Shown here piece after piece: positions 12,166-23,965 of a DNA stretch of 41,183 nucleotides; the first letter of the stretch is position 1, and every line of letters begins with the position of its first letter. The DNA is from Octopus bimaculoides (Eukaryota), in NCBI RefSeq assembly GCF_001194135.2, contig NC_069004.1, positions 34,304,484 through 34,345,666 of the forward strand. Direction: 5' to 3'. The notes below the pieces were generated by a model that was not told the origin of the DNA, did not search any database, and was given only the letters and a program-made list of their open reading frames with translations. Position numbers and translations under genes: made by a program.

Positions 12166-13003
12166 GTGCGTGTGTGTGAAGCAGTGAATACTGCCCAGTT
12201 CTTAAATAAATATACACACGGAAACACACACACACATATATGTACACACACACACACACACACAGCTCTTTCTCTATCTATATGAAACACTGCACAATGC
12301 CCAAGTCGTTAAATAAATATACACACATAAAGAGACATATATACACGCATATATACTTATATACATACATATGCGTACAGAGGAAAGAGACAGAAAGTCA
12401 TTCATGTAATATATTAAAGAGATTACAAGGAAGTTGCAGAGAGAGAGAGAGAGAGAGAGGGGGGGAAGGAGGAGGAGGAGAGAATGGTAAATAAAAAGTA
12501 AGAATTGAAAAAGCAAGAATTTCGAAACAAAAAGGAAACAACAAATGAGACGCATCACTCGAACAACAACAACAGCAACAACAACAGAAGCATCATTACA
12601 TGTAATATATGTAAATATTCCCATAGGCTGTACGTATTCATAGATATCAGGCGCACTTAGATAAATATATACATGCATGAATACACACACACACACGTAC
12701 ACACACACGTAAACATATATTACCGCGTAAAACATATATAGGGAGTGATATAAGTACACATACATGTATGTATATAATTACCTACACTTAAATATATACA
12801 TATTTTTTCGCATGCCTTTATACAAACACACAAGCATAAAATATATCTTTGTATACATATCATTAGATATTAATATATATATATATATATACATGTATAT
12901 GTATGTATACACACACACACACATATAAATATATACATATATATGTATGTATGTATACGTATAGATATATAGATCACAAATATGTACGCACGTATATATA
13001 TGA

Positions 13004-13034
<31 letters not shown>

Positions 13035-13561
13035 NNNNNNNNNNNNNNNNNNNNNNNNNNNNNNNNNNNNNNNNNNNNNNNNNNNNNNNNNNNNNNNNNN
13101 NNNNNNNNNNNNNNNNNNNNNNNNNNNNNNNNNNNNNNNNNNNNNNNNNNNNNNNNNNNNNNNNNNNNNNNNNNNNNNNNNNNNNNNNNNNNNNNNNNNN
13201 NNNNNNNNNNNNNNNNNNNNNNNNNNNNNNNNNNNNNNNNNNNNNNNNNNNNNNNNNNNNNNNNNNNNNNNNNTATATATATATATATATATATATATGC
13301 ATGTATATATATATAGGTATGTATTACATCGTTTCATTTGCAATCCAAGCAGCCAGTACATAGAATGAAAGTGATTGCCGCCAATACAAGCCATTCCAAC
13401 ATGGCCGCCGACTTACGGATTAATTTCTATCGATGATGCATCATTCAAGTAACAAAGGCGAAACGGCTCTCATTTTGGCGGATCGTTCCATCTTGAGTGT
13501 GATTTACTTATTTATTCCTTTGTATTACCAATCGCCTGAACATATACATACGCACCGATAC

Positions 13562-13593
<32 letters not shown>

Positions 13594-13672
13594 GGATGCG
13601 TAATGTTAAAGGAGTGTACAGTTTGCAATTTGTATGCAGAGCGTACAAGTGTATTACTTCATTTACATATAT

Positions 13673-13740
<68 letters not shown>

Positions 13741-14093
13741 CACGCACGCACGCACATGCACGCACACACATCCTCACCGCATATGTGCATCTGTATACAT
13801 GCACATTTACACCATTATGTTTGATTGATCACGAAGATTTCTATCTTGTTCGCTCTCTCTCGCCCTCCTCTCGTCTCCTTTCTATCCCACACACTCTCCT
13901 TTTCCCTTCCTTTTCTCCAATAACTCTATCATTTCACTTTCTCCTTTCTTCTCTTTCTCTCCTTGTCTCCTCCTCGTCTCTCCTTCTTCTCCTTCAAACT
14001 CTCTCTTAATTTCACTAGTTTCAAATAAACTCTTCTCTCTGTCAACTTTACGATTTTTAAATTATTCATACTCTCTCGGTTTCTCCTACTCCC

Positions 14094-14195
14094 CCTTCTC
14101 TCTCTGTCTCCCTTCTCTCTCTGTCTCCCTTCTCTCTCTGTCTCCCTTCTCTCTCTGTCTCCCTTCTCTCTCTGTCTCCCTTCTCTCTCTGTCTC
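14094..14195. repeat. Perfect minisatellite, 6 copies of the 17-bp unit CCTTCTCTCTCTGTCTC
   Basis: Six exact tandem units counted directly, inside a ~400-bp polypyrimidine region. Confidence 0.95.
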
Positions 14196-14318
14196 TCCTT
14201 ATGGTTATCTCAACATCCTTCTACTTTGGCTATCAATTCTCTCTATCTTATATCCTCACACTTCCTCTCTCTTTAATCTTTCCTCACTTTCTGTCTCCCC
14301 ATCACACACACATACACA

Positions 14319-14355
<37 letters not shown>

Positions 14356-14606
14356 TCATACACTATATGTGTGTTTACATATGTGTACGCGTGCTTTTGT
14401 GTGGGGTGTGTATGTATATATGTGTGTGTTTGTATATGCATGTGTGTGTTCATATACGATATATGTTTATGTATATATATACATATATATATATTTATTT
14501 ATTTATATATATGTGTGTGTGTGTGTGTGTGTTTGTGAGAGTGTGAATGTTTAATGTACGTGTAAGTATTCCTGTTTCTCCGCTTTTGGTTTTGTTATTC
14601 TATCCC

Positions 14607-14656
<50 letters not shown>

Positions 14657-14970
14657 CATCTCTCCCCCCACGTCCCTCTCCACTCCCTCCCCTGTTTATT
14701 GATGTAGAATATCTTTATTGGTTCCATTTGCCAGTTTTTCTGTTGTGATTCAAGAATTTGCTGAGAAGAATCTTTAATTGGAACGTAGACATTTCCCAAG
14801 ACTTTGAATCTGGGAACGGATTGATATGCAGAAAGGAGCGGGTGGCGAGGGAGAAGACGGTGCGGTGTTCGGGGTGGTTGCAGAAAGATTATGGGTGCTT
14901 AAAGGGTGGATCGATTACTTTATTTTCTATACATAGGCTTAAGTACCTGCAAAAATAACTACCGTCTCTA

Positions 14971-15034
14971 TCTATTTATCGATCTGGCTTTCTATCTATC
15001 GATCTGGCTTTCTATCTATCGATCCAGATAGATA
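14971..15034. repeat. Short tandem repeat, 20-bp unit GATCTGGCTTTCTATCTATC, 2 copies plus partial
   Basis: Units at 14981-15000 and 15001-15020 are identical. Confidence 0.9.
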
Positions 15035-15150
15035 TTTATCTATCAAGTTAGACTGTTGTTATTTATTTGTTGTTGTATATTCCTTTTCTATTCATCTATT
15101 TTTATATCTATCAATGTTTGCATTCAACTATCTATCTATCTTTATGTATG

Positions 15151-15375
15151 TCTGTCTATCCATGTAACTTTCTGTCTATCCATGTAGCTCTCTGTCTATC
15201 CATGTAGCTCACTCCGTCCATTTAGCTGTTTATCTATCTAACAACCTATCTATTCATGTAACTCCCTGTTTATTTATGTAGCTCTCTGTCTGTCCATGTA
15301 GCTGTCTTCCTATCCATGTGTCTCTCTCTGTCTATTGATATAACTCTCCGTTTATCTCTGTAGGTTTCTGTCTAC
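15151..15375. repeat. Degenerate ~20-bp minisatellite (TCTGTCTATCCATGTAGCTC)
   Basis: Three near-perfect units at 15151-15210, followed by progressively diverged copies. Confidence 0.85.
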
Positions 15376-15424
15376 ACACTATCACATCTCGCTCGCCCTC
15401 TCTCTCTCTTTCTCTCTCTCTCTA

Positions 15425-15461
<37 letters not shown>

Positions 15462-15544
15462 TCCTCGCTATATATTTCTCTCCCCTTCGTCCGGTGTATA
15501 CACCCGCACACAATACACATTGACTGTAGACATAGTATGAACGA

Positions 15545-15695
15545 AAGGTTAAGAAATTCACTTTGCAACCACGAGATCTCAGATTCAACCTTACTATGTT
15601 GCACCCAGGGTAAATATTATTTGCAATAACCTCAGGTGGACCCAAATTCTCCTGAGCAAATTTAGGTGGGCGGAAACTGTAGAGAAGCCTTTTGA
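15545..15695 (+). mobile_element. Degenerate family D SINE head
   Basis: ggttaagaaattcactttgcaaccacg...gcacccagggtaaat...aatttaggtgggcggaaactgtagagaagcc is a diverged version of 6368-6507. Confidence 0.55.
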
Positions 15696-15959
15696 GACGG
15701 ATTGTATTTTAAATTTAAAGATACCGTCTTCTCACATGTTCTCTCAGTTTTCTATTAAAATTCGCATAAAACTCAATTATATACACAAAAACATAATTAG
15801 TATACACTGTCTGTCTATTCTTCTCTCTCTTTCTTTCTCTCTCTTTCTTTCTCTCTCTCTCTCTCTCGATGTATATAAAATATATATGTGTTATTTATTT
15901 ACTACCCACAAGGGGCTACACACAGAAGGGACAAACAAGGACAGACAAACGGATTAAAT

Positions 15960-16100
15960 CGATTATATCGACCCCAGTGCGTAACTGGTACTTATTTAAT
16001 CGACCCCGAAAGGATGAAAGGTAAAGTCGACCTCGGCGGAATTTGAACTCAGAACGTAGCGGGCAGACGAAATACCGCTAAGCATTTCACCCGGTGTGTT
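15960..16100 (-). mobile_element. SINE (family A)
   Basis: atcgaccccagtgcgtaactggtacttatttaatcgaccccgaaaggatgaaaggtaaagtcgacctcggcggaatttgaactcagaacgt is a close reverse complement of the 19078-19900 units. Confidence 0.9.
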
Positions 16101-16260
16101 CCCCCACTATCGCCTGACTGCCGGTATTGATTTTTTTGAGTCCTCGTAAAATAGAAGTTCGACAAAAAGACACCGACAGAATAAGTACCAAAAATTTACA
16201 GGGGTTGATTGGTTCGGCTCCAGTATGGCCGCAGCTGAATGATAGAAACCAGCAAGAATG
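16101..16260 (+). mobile_element. SINE core plus 3' tail
   Basis: cccactatcgcctgac...gttcgacaaaaagacaccgacagaataagtacc...ggggttgattggttcggctccagtatggccgcagctgaatgatagaaacc is homologous to 21722-21920. Confidence 0.7.
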
Positions 16261-16541
16261 ACATACGNNNNNNNNNNNNNNNNNNNNNNNNNNNNNNNNN
16301 NNNNNNNNNNNNNNNNNNNNNNNNNNNNNNNNNNNNNNNNNNNNNNNNNNNNNNNNNNNNNNNNNNNNNNNNNNNNNNNNNNNNNNNNNNNNNNNNNNNN
16401 NNNNNNNNNNNNNNNNNNNNNNNNNNNNNNNNNNNNNNNNNNNNNNNNNNNNNNNNNNNNNNNNNNNNNNNNNNNNNNNNNNNNNNNNNNNNNNNNNNNN
16501 NNNNNNNNNNNNNNNNNNNNNNNNNNNNNNNNNNNNNNNNN

Positions 16542-16575
<34 letters not shown>

Positions 16576-16971
16576 TATTCTATTAATGTATGATACTCGA
16601 ACAAAATTAGTGAAATAATATTAATACTGATTAATTAGGAGAAATTTAATGAATTAAAATGATTGATGCTATTTCTGCTCATTGTGCGAGTATTTGTATG
16701 TGTATACAATTATAGACACATAATATATGTATAATCAAGTGTGTGTGTACTAAAACATACACTTAGAACGGCATCAGCCAGATTGTCGTCCATCACTTTA
16801 ATTAAATATGGCTTTTAATTACCTGGAATTTAATTAATATTATTTAACTAAATTTCATTTGACAATCATGAAATGAATTTCAGAGGTTCTTTCGCATTTT
16901 AATATTACACTGGAAGAACTTTCAGTTATGCCGTGATAAATCTCGGAATAGCGCAACCCCATTGTGCTTAC

Positions 16972-17030
16972 AAGAATTGTGGTCTTTGTAGTAATTCTTT
17001 GAGAAGTAGAATCTTGTCGCCTCGTCGATT
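16972..17030 (-). CDS. Candidate 59-bp exon; frame ambiguous (xSTRRQDSTSQRITTKTTIL, IDEATRFYFSKNYYKDHNS or NRRGDKILLLKELLQRPQF)
   Basis: Acceptor ttcttgcattctcgtag and donor CTT|gtaagc. All three frames are open. The phase 1 to phase 0 reading joins the 4848 exon in frame. No homology recognised. Confidence 0.35.
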
Positions 17031-17141
17031 CTACGAGAATGCAAGAACTTCAATAAACAGGTGTTAAATCTTCCTCAAATAACAAACTATCTTAAATATA
17101 AGGAGAGACGCGTTCAGTACTGCAGTCCGAAATCTCTCTCT

Positions 17142-17181
<40 letters not shown>

Positions 17182-17394
17182 NNNNNNNNNNNNNNNNNNN
17201 NNNNNNNNNNNNNNNNNNNNNNNNNNNNNNNNNNNNNNNNNNNNNNNNNNNNNNNNNNNNNNNNNNNNNNNNNNNNNNNNNNNNNNNNNNNNNNNNNNNN
17301 NNNNNNNNNNNNNNNNNNNNNNNNNNNNNNNNNNNNNNNNNNNNNNNNNNNNNNNNNNNNNNNNNNNNNNNNNNNNNNNNNNNNNNNNNNNNNN

Positions 17395-17439
<45 letters not shown>

Positions 17440-17470
17440 GTAGATATATGTATGTATATGTATGTATGTA

Positions 17471-17504
<34 letters not shown>

Positions 17505-18588
17505 CCTGTATGCATATATATACATGAAAGTATGTGTTTATATATATGAGAGATAATTCCGTGTAGCCAGTGCCATGGACTTAAAGACAAGGACGAACAA
17601 GGCTACATCAAACGAGCAAGCGAGCTGAATTCCAGATTTCTTCAAATTAACACTCCTTCCAGAGAAGGTAGAACAGTTGCTAGGTGACAGCTGGTACTAA
17701 TTCCAAATGTGAAGGGGAGATAACCTCGAGAATCAAGAATTCTCCAACGTTCACAAGAAAAGATAGTCGCATGTTTTTGGAGGCTTTACGACAGCCAATG
17801 ACACTTATTTCTGTTTCTTTAAACGTTATCAGCACACCCGTTTTCCTACATTATCTCCATAAACGATATTATAAGACATGTACAAAAGAAAGAAAAAATG
17901 TAATTTGCGCAAAAGTAGGAAAATGCTCCAGGAGCAATATATCAGTGGCATGTAGATGAAAAACAAAAAAATAACAACATTTTAAATAAATATCCTGGTT
18001 TGTTCGAATTATCTCCGTTTCTAAAAGAGGTCTGACATATTTTCTGTCTCTAATTGCAGACAATTCTTCCTCTGGAATCGGAAACAATTTCATTAAATCA
18101 AAAATTCATCTTCAAAATCTATATAACGTGCTCTTATTCGTCTTCTCCTTTGTTATATAAAAGCCCCAACCGTGACCATCCAAAAATCTTTGAAAAATAT
18201 TCTACACGAGAATATGTTATTCATTGTAGGCTTTTCTCAAGGGATGTTTGCTGCTATTTGTGCAGGTTGTCAAGGGATCTATAAATGTAATCGATCTTCT
18301 GCACGTTAAAGAAAAAAACAAAACAAAGAAACTAAAATAACCCCTATTTTATATTTATCAACAAACTCTAACCTTCAAAACCACCCCCGCCACCCTGCCA
18401 AGGGTTTTCATAAGGTAATTAGTAATATCGACAAATTAGCCCCTGACAGACTGTTTTCGTGTTCATGGATTAACTCAGCAATAAAATTAATCTGTAAATT
18501 GATGAGGAGAAAAGGGGTGGGGGGGGGGTTGTTAATCCCCTTAACGGGTGGCAAGGATATTAATTAAAGCAGATGTCAAATGAAACGA

Positions 18589-19060
18589 TTATGATGATAA
18601 TGAAGACGACGAGGGCGGTAACGACGAGGACGATGACATGATGATGATGATGATGGTGGTGGTGAAGATGATAATGTTGGTGAATGTGACGATGATGATG
18701 ATGATGGCGACGACGAGGACGGCGTCGATGAGGACAATAATGGTGGTGGTGGTGGTGGTGGTGAGAAAGGTAATAGTCATGATGATGGAAATGGTGATGA
18801 CGACGACGATGGTGGCAGTGGTGATTACAGTAATGATGACGGTCATGATGACAATTATAGGGATTTAACGATCATGATGATGTTGATGATGTTGATGATG
18901 ATGATGATAGTAGGGATAATGATAGTAGTAGTGGTTGTGGTGGTGATTGATAATGATGATTAAAATGGCAACAATTCTGCGGATAACGAGGTGGATGACG
19001 ATGGTAGATACAGAGTGAATGGTGATGATATCGGTGATGGTTAAGCCTCATTATAAATGC
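18589..19060. repeat. Compound triplet low-complexity tract (GAT/GAC/GGT)n
   Basis: Read directly. It produces the poly-M/V/T/I ORFs in the track. Confidence 0.95.
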
Positions 19061-19077
19061 CGATGATAAAGCGGTAA

Positions 19078-19900
19078 GCAATCAGAATCGTTAGCAAACC
19101 GAGCCTAGTGCTTAGCGGCATTTCACCTGTCTTGATGTTCTGAGTTCAAATTCTGCTGAGGTCGACTTTGCCTGTCATCCTTTCGGGATTGACAAAAATA
19201 AGTACCAGTCACGCACTGGGGATGATGTAATCGACTTATCCGCTCCCCGATATTACTGGCCGTGTGCCATTATTATTATTGCGTTCAAATTCCGCCGAGG
19301 TCGACTTCACCTTTCATACTTTCGTGGTCGACAAAATGAGTACCAGTTGAACACTGGGTCGACGTAGTCGACTGTCCTCCTCCCACCAAATTTCAGACCT
19401 TGAACCTATATTAGAAAGGATTATTATTATTATTATTTTTATTATTATTATTATCAAGACGGTGAGCTGGTCGAATCGTTAGCACGCTGGATGAAATGCT
19501 TAGTGGTATTTCACTCGTCGCTACATTCTGAGTTCAAATTCCACCGAAGTCGACTTTGCTTTTCATGCTTTCAGGGTCGATAAATGAAGTACCAGTGAAA
19601 TATTGGGGTCGATATAATCCCCTAGTCTCATCTCCCCAAATTTCAGGTATTGTGTCTATTGTAGGAAGGATTACTATTATAATAAGGTGGCGAGCCAACA
19701 GGGTCGTTAACACGCCGGACAAAACACTTAGCGACATTTCGTCCGTTTTCTACGTCCTAAGTTCAAATGCCGCCGAGGATAACCTTTCATCCTTTTGCAG
19801 TCGATGACGTAAGCACCAGTGATGCACTGGGGTCGATGTAATCGACTAGCCCCCTCCCCACAAATTTCAGGCCCTGTGTCTATAGTAGAAAGGATCATTA
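19078..19900 (+). mobile_element. Four head-to-tail family A SINE copies (~19078-19268, 19281-19420 5'-truncated, 19456-19680, 19684-19900) separated by (ATT)n tails
   Basis: Each unit carries a variant of gttcaaattccgccgaggtcgactttgcctttcatcctttcggggtcgataaa.taagtaccag...ctggggtcgatgtaatcgact. ATT-rich linkers follow the first three units. Confidence 0.9.
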
Positions 19901-19999
19901 ATGGTGATAATGATCATTATTTCATTATATATGTGTGTGTGTAATTCATATGCTTTTGTGTGTGTGAGAATGAAGTTTGTATTTGTTTCAGTGAGTGAT

Positions 20000-20330
20000 T
20001 GACCAAAGGCCTTTTATCTGGATTCACGAAACAGCATCTCCATGAGCTCGAGGGATATTTTCTGGAAGACTACAATTTGCGCATTCATAAAAGTTACCCA
20101 TTTGCCCCCAGCCCCCACCAACGAAAGAGCCGTTCTCTAAAGACCGAAACAGTTTGCCCCCGATGCCGTCAATTGCGTCGTTATCAGAGAGCAATCAGTC
20201 GGAACATAAAACACGGGTCATTCTGGAGAACGGATCAATGAATTTACCAATTTCCACATGGAGAGGAAACTTAAGAGAAGGTCAGTCCAAGAGGTCTCGG
20301 GATGCCCGCTGATGCCATGGATTCAAACAC
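20000..20330 (+). mobile_element. Possible highly degenerate L1/Tx1-like LINE 3' fragment
   Basis: Island of complex, GC-richer sequence with frameshifted pieces VCPRC, LPPAPTNERAVL and SGERINEFTNFHMERKLKRR. These resemble the zinc-binding and C-terminal region of Tx1-type ORF2 as I recall it; no alignment was run. Confidence 0.4.
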
Positions 20331-20445
20331 CAGCTGAACATCACCGTCTCACCCCATCTCTCTATCTACCTGCCTATATAGAGAAATATATATGTGGCCA
20401 TACATGTGAATATATGTAGCTATATACGTCCATGAATATATGTAA

Positions 20446-20496
<51 letters not shown>

Positions 20497-20744
20497 TAAA
20501 TATATACATATATGTTTAGATATATATGTATATGTATGCATATATGTTTAGGTGTATATATATATATATATATTTATATATATGTTTTGGTATGCATATG
20601 TATATGTATGCATGTATGTTTAGGTGTATCTAGGCACGTGTGTTTCGATGCGCAAGATTCTAATAAATAATCTGTAAATATATACATGAATCTGCTAATT
20701 TCTACATATGTGTAACAGAACTACTCTTGCTAGTGTCAATTTTC

Positions 20745-20804
<60 letters not shown>

Positions 20805-21721
20805 NNNNNNNNNNNNNNNNNNNNNNNNNNNNNNNNNNNNNNNNNNNNNNNNNNNNNNNNNNNNNNNNNNNNNNNNNNNNNNNNNNNNNNNNNNNNNNNN
20901 NNNNNNNNNNNNNNNNNNNNNNNNNNNNNNNNNNNNNNNNNNNNNNNNNNNNNNNNNNNNNNNNNNNNNNNNNNNNNNNNNNNNNNNNNNNNNNNNNNNN
21001 NNNNNNNNNNNNNNNNNNNNNNNNNNNNNNNNNNNNNNNNNNNNNNNNNNNNNNNNNNNNNNNNNNNNNNNNNNNNNNNNNNNNNNNNNNNNNNNNNNNN
21101 NNNNNNNNNNNNNNNNNNNNNNNNNNNNNNNNNNNNNNNNNNNNNNNNNNNNNNNNNNNNNNNNNNNNNNNNNNNNNNNNNNNNNNNNNNNNNNNNNNNN
21201 NNNNNNNNNNNNNNNNNNNNNNNNNNNNNNNNNNNNNNNNNNNNNNNNNNNNNNNNNNNNNNNNNNNNNNNNNNNNNNNNNNNNNNNNNNNNNNNNNNNN
21301 NNNNNNNNNNNNNNNNNNNNNNNNNNNNNNNNNNNNNNNNNNNNNNNNNNNNNNNNNNNNNNNNNNNNNNNNNNNNNNNNNNNNNNNNNNNNNNNNNNNN
21401 NNNNNNNNNNNNNNNNNNNNNNNNNNNNNNNNNNNNNNNNNNNNNNNNNNNNNNNNNNNNNNNNNNNNNNNNNNNNNNNNNNNNNNNNNNNNNNNNNNNN
21501 NNNNNNNNNNNNNNNNNNNNNNNNNNNNNNNNNNNNNNNNNNNNNNNNNNNNNNNNNNNNNNNNNNNNNNNNNNNNNNNNNNNNNNNNNNNNNNNNNNNN
21601 NNNNNNNNNNNNNNNNNNNNNNNNNNNNNNNNNNNNNNNNNNNNNNNNNNNNNNNNNNNNNNNNNNNNNNNNNNNNNNNNNNNNNNNNNNNNNNNNNNNN
21701 NNAAAATGTGTTCGTATGTCT

Positions 21722-21920
21722 TTATGTCTAAATGTCTTCCCCACCGCTTGACAACCGGTGTTCGTCTCTTCTTTAGTGTTTCAGTAAAAGAAACCGATAG
21801 AAGAAATATCAAAATTAAAAAAAAAGAAAAATATAAGTAGTGGGGTTGATTTGTTCAATTAAAATCCTTCTAGGAGCTGCCCCGGCATGACCCCAGAATG
21901 GCCGTGACAAACAACTGAAG
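21722..21920 (+). mobile_element. SINE core plus 3' tail resuming after a gap
   Basis: ccccaccgcttgacaaccggtgtt...aaaagaaaccgatagaa...aataagtagtggggttgatttgttcaattaaaatccttc...ggcatgacc. Confidence 0.7.
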
Positions 21921-22206
21921 GATAGGATTTGCAGTAAAAGCTTTAAATAAGAGTGTACAAATCAGCAAATCTTTGATGAATGGCTGTTTGGATGACCTGA
22001 GAGTTAATCAAGAGTATTAATGGCAACCAAACCATCATAGCTGAGATGACAATCATCAGATGATCAATCGAGGCTGAAGTGTCGAAAGAGAAGCAACGAT
22101 TACATATTATTGCTACTCGATACGCTAACAGTAGAGAAGTATAGGAGCTGGAGGACCACACTAGATGAAACGCCAGTTGGAACACGAGTTCAGTTAAACC
22201 AATAAG

Positions 22207-22631
22207 TACAAAGTCTGATCAAAATTTAGAGTGACTGTTGTTTCTCTAACGTTGTTTCTTGTTGTACTTGGAAGTAAAGTGCGTTGAGTGTGGTCGTCTC
22301 AAAAAGACGATCGGGTTTCAGCTGCTCAAGATCTCTTCGGTTGTGTCAAGGAAGACAGAAATATTTTGAAAACAGATGTAAAAGGAGACGAATCGTGGAT
22401 CTGTGGCCATGACCCCGAAAGCAAGGCTCACTCTTTGCAGTGGAAGACACCCCAAGATTTAAAGACGTCGAAGAAATCCCTCCCACAAAATGCGACGAGG
22501 TAGTTTCTCACTGTCCCCTCAAGAGTAGTTCCAGGAATGCTTCTATGAAAGGGGACCACATCGAAGGAGATTAAAAGTGTTGTACTTCATTTTATAGCAC
22601 CTGTCCCGATATATTTTGGTCAGATCTCGTA
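22207..22631 (+). mobile_element. Internally deleted, non-autonomous Tc1/mariner (mariner-type) DNA transposon
   Basis: TA at 22207-22208 and 22630-22631 flanks degenerate TIRs (tacaaagtctgatcaaaatttagagtgactgttg versus reverse-complemented right end tacgagatctgaccaaaatatatcgggacaggtg, 24/34 by hand). Transposase remnants are QKDDRVSAAQDL...KGDESWICGHDPESKAHSLQWK (mariner TGDETW/YDPETKxQSxxW region) and RFKDVEEI...QNATR...FQECF...GDHIEGD* (mariner C-terminus). Confidence 0.9.
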
Positions 22632-22922
22632 GAATGGAGACAATGCCAAGTTTAGCCACCAATACTACTAAGATTACATTATAGTATTACGACATACACG
22701 AAAAGTAAAAGTATGAACCATATACTAATAGCTGATGTATTAATTATATATTTACTGCTATATTGTAACAGAAATGTTAATTCGTATAACCATCAAGACG
22801 ATTAATAATTGCGCATGAAATTGTATAACTGGCTAGAAATAGCAAATAACTATTGCTGAAATTACATACGTCTGTGTTCATTACAGGAAGAGAACGTCGG
22901 AAAGTAGTGTTTTTTATATTCA

Positions 22923-22978
<56 letters not shown>

Positions 22979-23037
22979 TTATATTTGTATACTTATATTT
23001 GTGTACTAATGCATATATATTAGATATATTGTGTAGC

Positions 23038-23086
<49 letters not shown>

Positions 23087-23926
23087 TTTGCATATATATA
23101 TATATATTTATTTATATCTATTTATTTATACCTATGTACATATATATATATACATATACGTTAGATATATGCATGTATTTATATTTATGCATATATAGAA
23201 TATATTTGTGTGTGTATATATATTTATGTATATTTACATTTATATATGTATGATATATTAGCAAGGGTGTATACATATATATTCATGTATATTTATATTT
23301 TTCTATGTATAACACACAGACACACACACACATATGTATATTTCTATAAATCAGAAGCAGATTTGTAATCTTCGACATTTCCTCTCTTTGCGTATGTGAT
23401 TCTGTACATCACCAATTATCGACATTCTCATGTACGACGTGTTAGTGTATGTATATATGTGTCTAAACACATACATATATTCAGGTATACATATGTCTGT
23501 GTACACATATGCATACGCGTTTATGTGTACATTGATGGAATAATGTGCCAAAGAGTGGCTGCAACACCAAGAACGGTATTGATTTCCCATCTGTCTATTC
23601 AATCAAACCAAAAGATATTCTGACAGATGATATTTACCATATTCCTCCATGATAGTACCCTATGATATTCCATGTTATGTCATGTTATTGAAACCTCTTC
23701 TCTCAATCCATGCGAGGCAGTAGCCGAAGCATGCAACCTTAAACGAAATCTAAATGAGAAACGCACTTTTTCGATTCGCTCGTGAAATTAAACCTATCCT
23801 TGTTGGCAATGGACTTGCAATAAATAGGCAATAAATATACGTGCAAGCCTGTTTACACACACACACACACACACACACACANNNNNNNNNNNNNNNNNNN
23901 NNNNNNNNNNNNNNNNNNNNNNNNNN

Positions 23927-23965
<39 letters not shown>

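Noticed and set aside
13395-13416. YY1-like site CCAACATGGCCGCC next to a minus-strand GTAAGT donor
   Set aside because: It closely resembles the SINE tail word ccagcatggccgc, and the frames downstream of the nearest good acceptor are closed by stops.
17560-17870. Complex-sequence island with moderately long open frames on both strands
   Set aside because: Splice sites are weak and no family is recognised. A BLASTX would be needed.
19078-19900. CRISPR-like repeat/spacer appearance
   Set aside because: Units are 140-220 bp diverged SINEs with copies elsewhere in the window. There are no unique spacers and no cas genes, and the context is eukaryotic.
20020-20190. Minus-strand frame DAIDGIGGKLFRSLENGSFVGGGWGQMGNFYEC resembling the NRF-6 domain
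   Set aside because: It is bounded by stops and lacks a good acceptor. The region is better explained as the antisense of a degenerate LINE.
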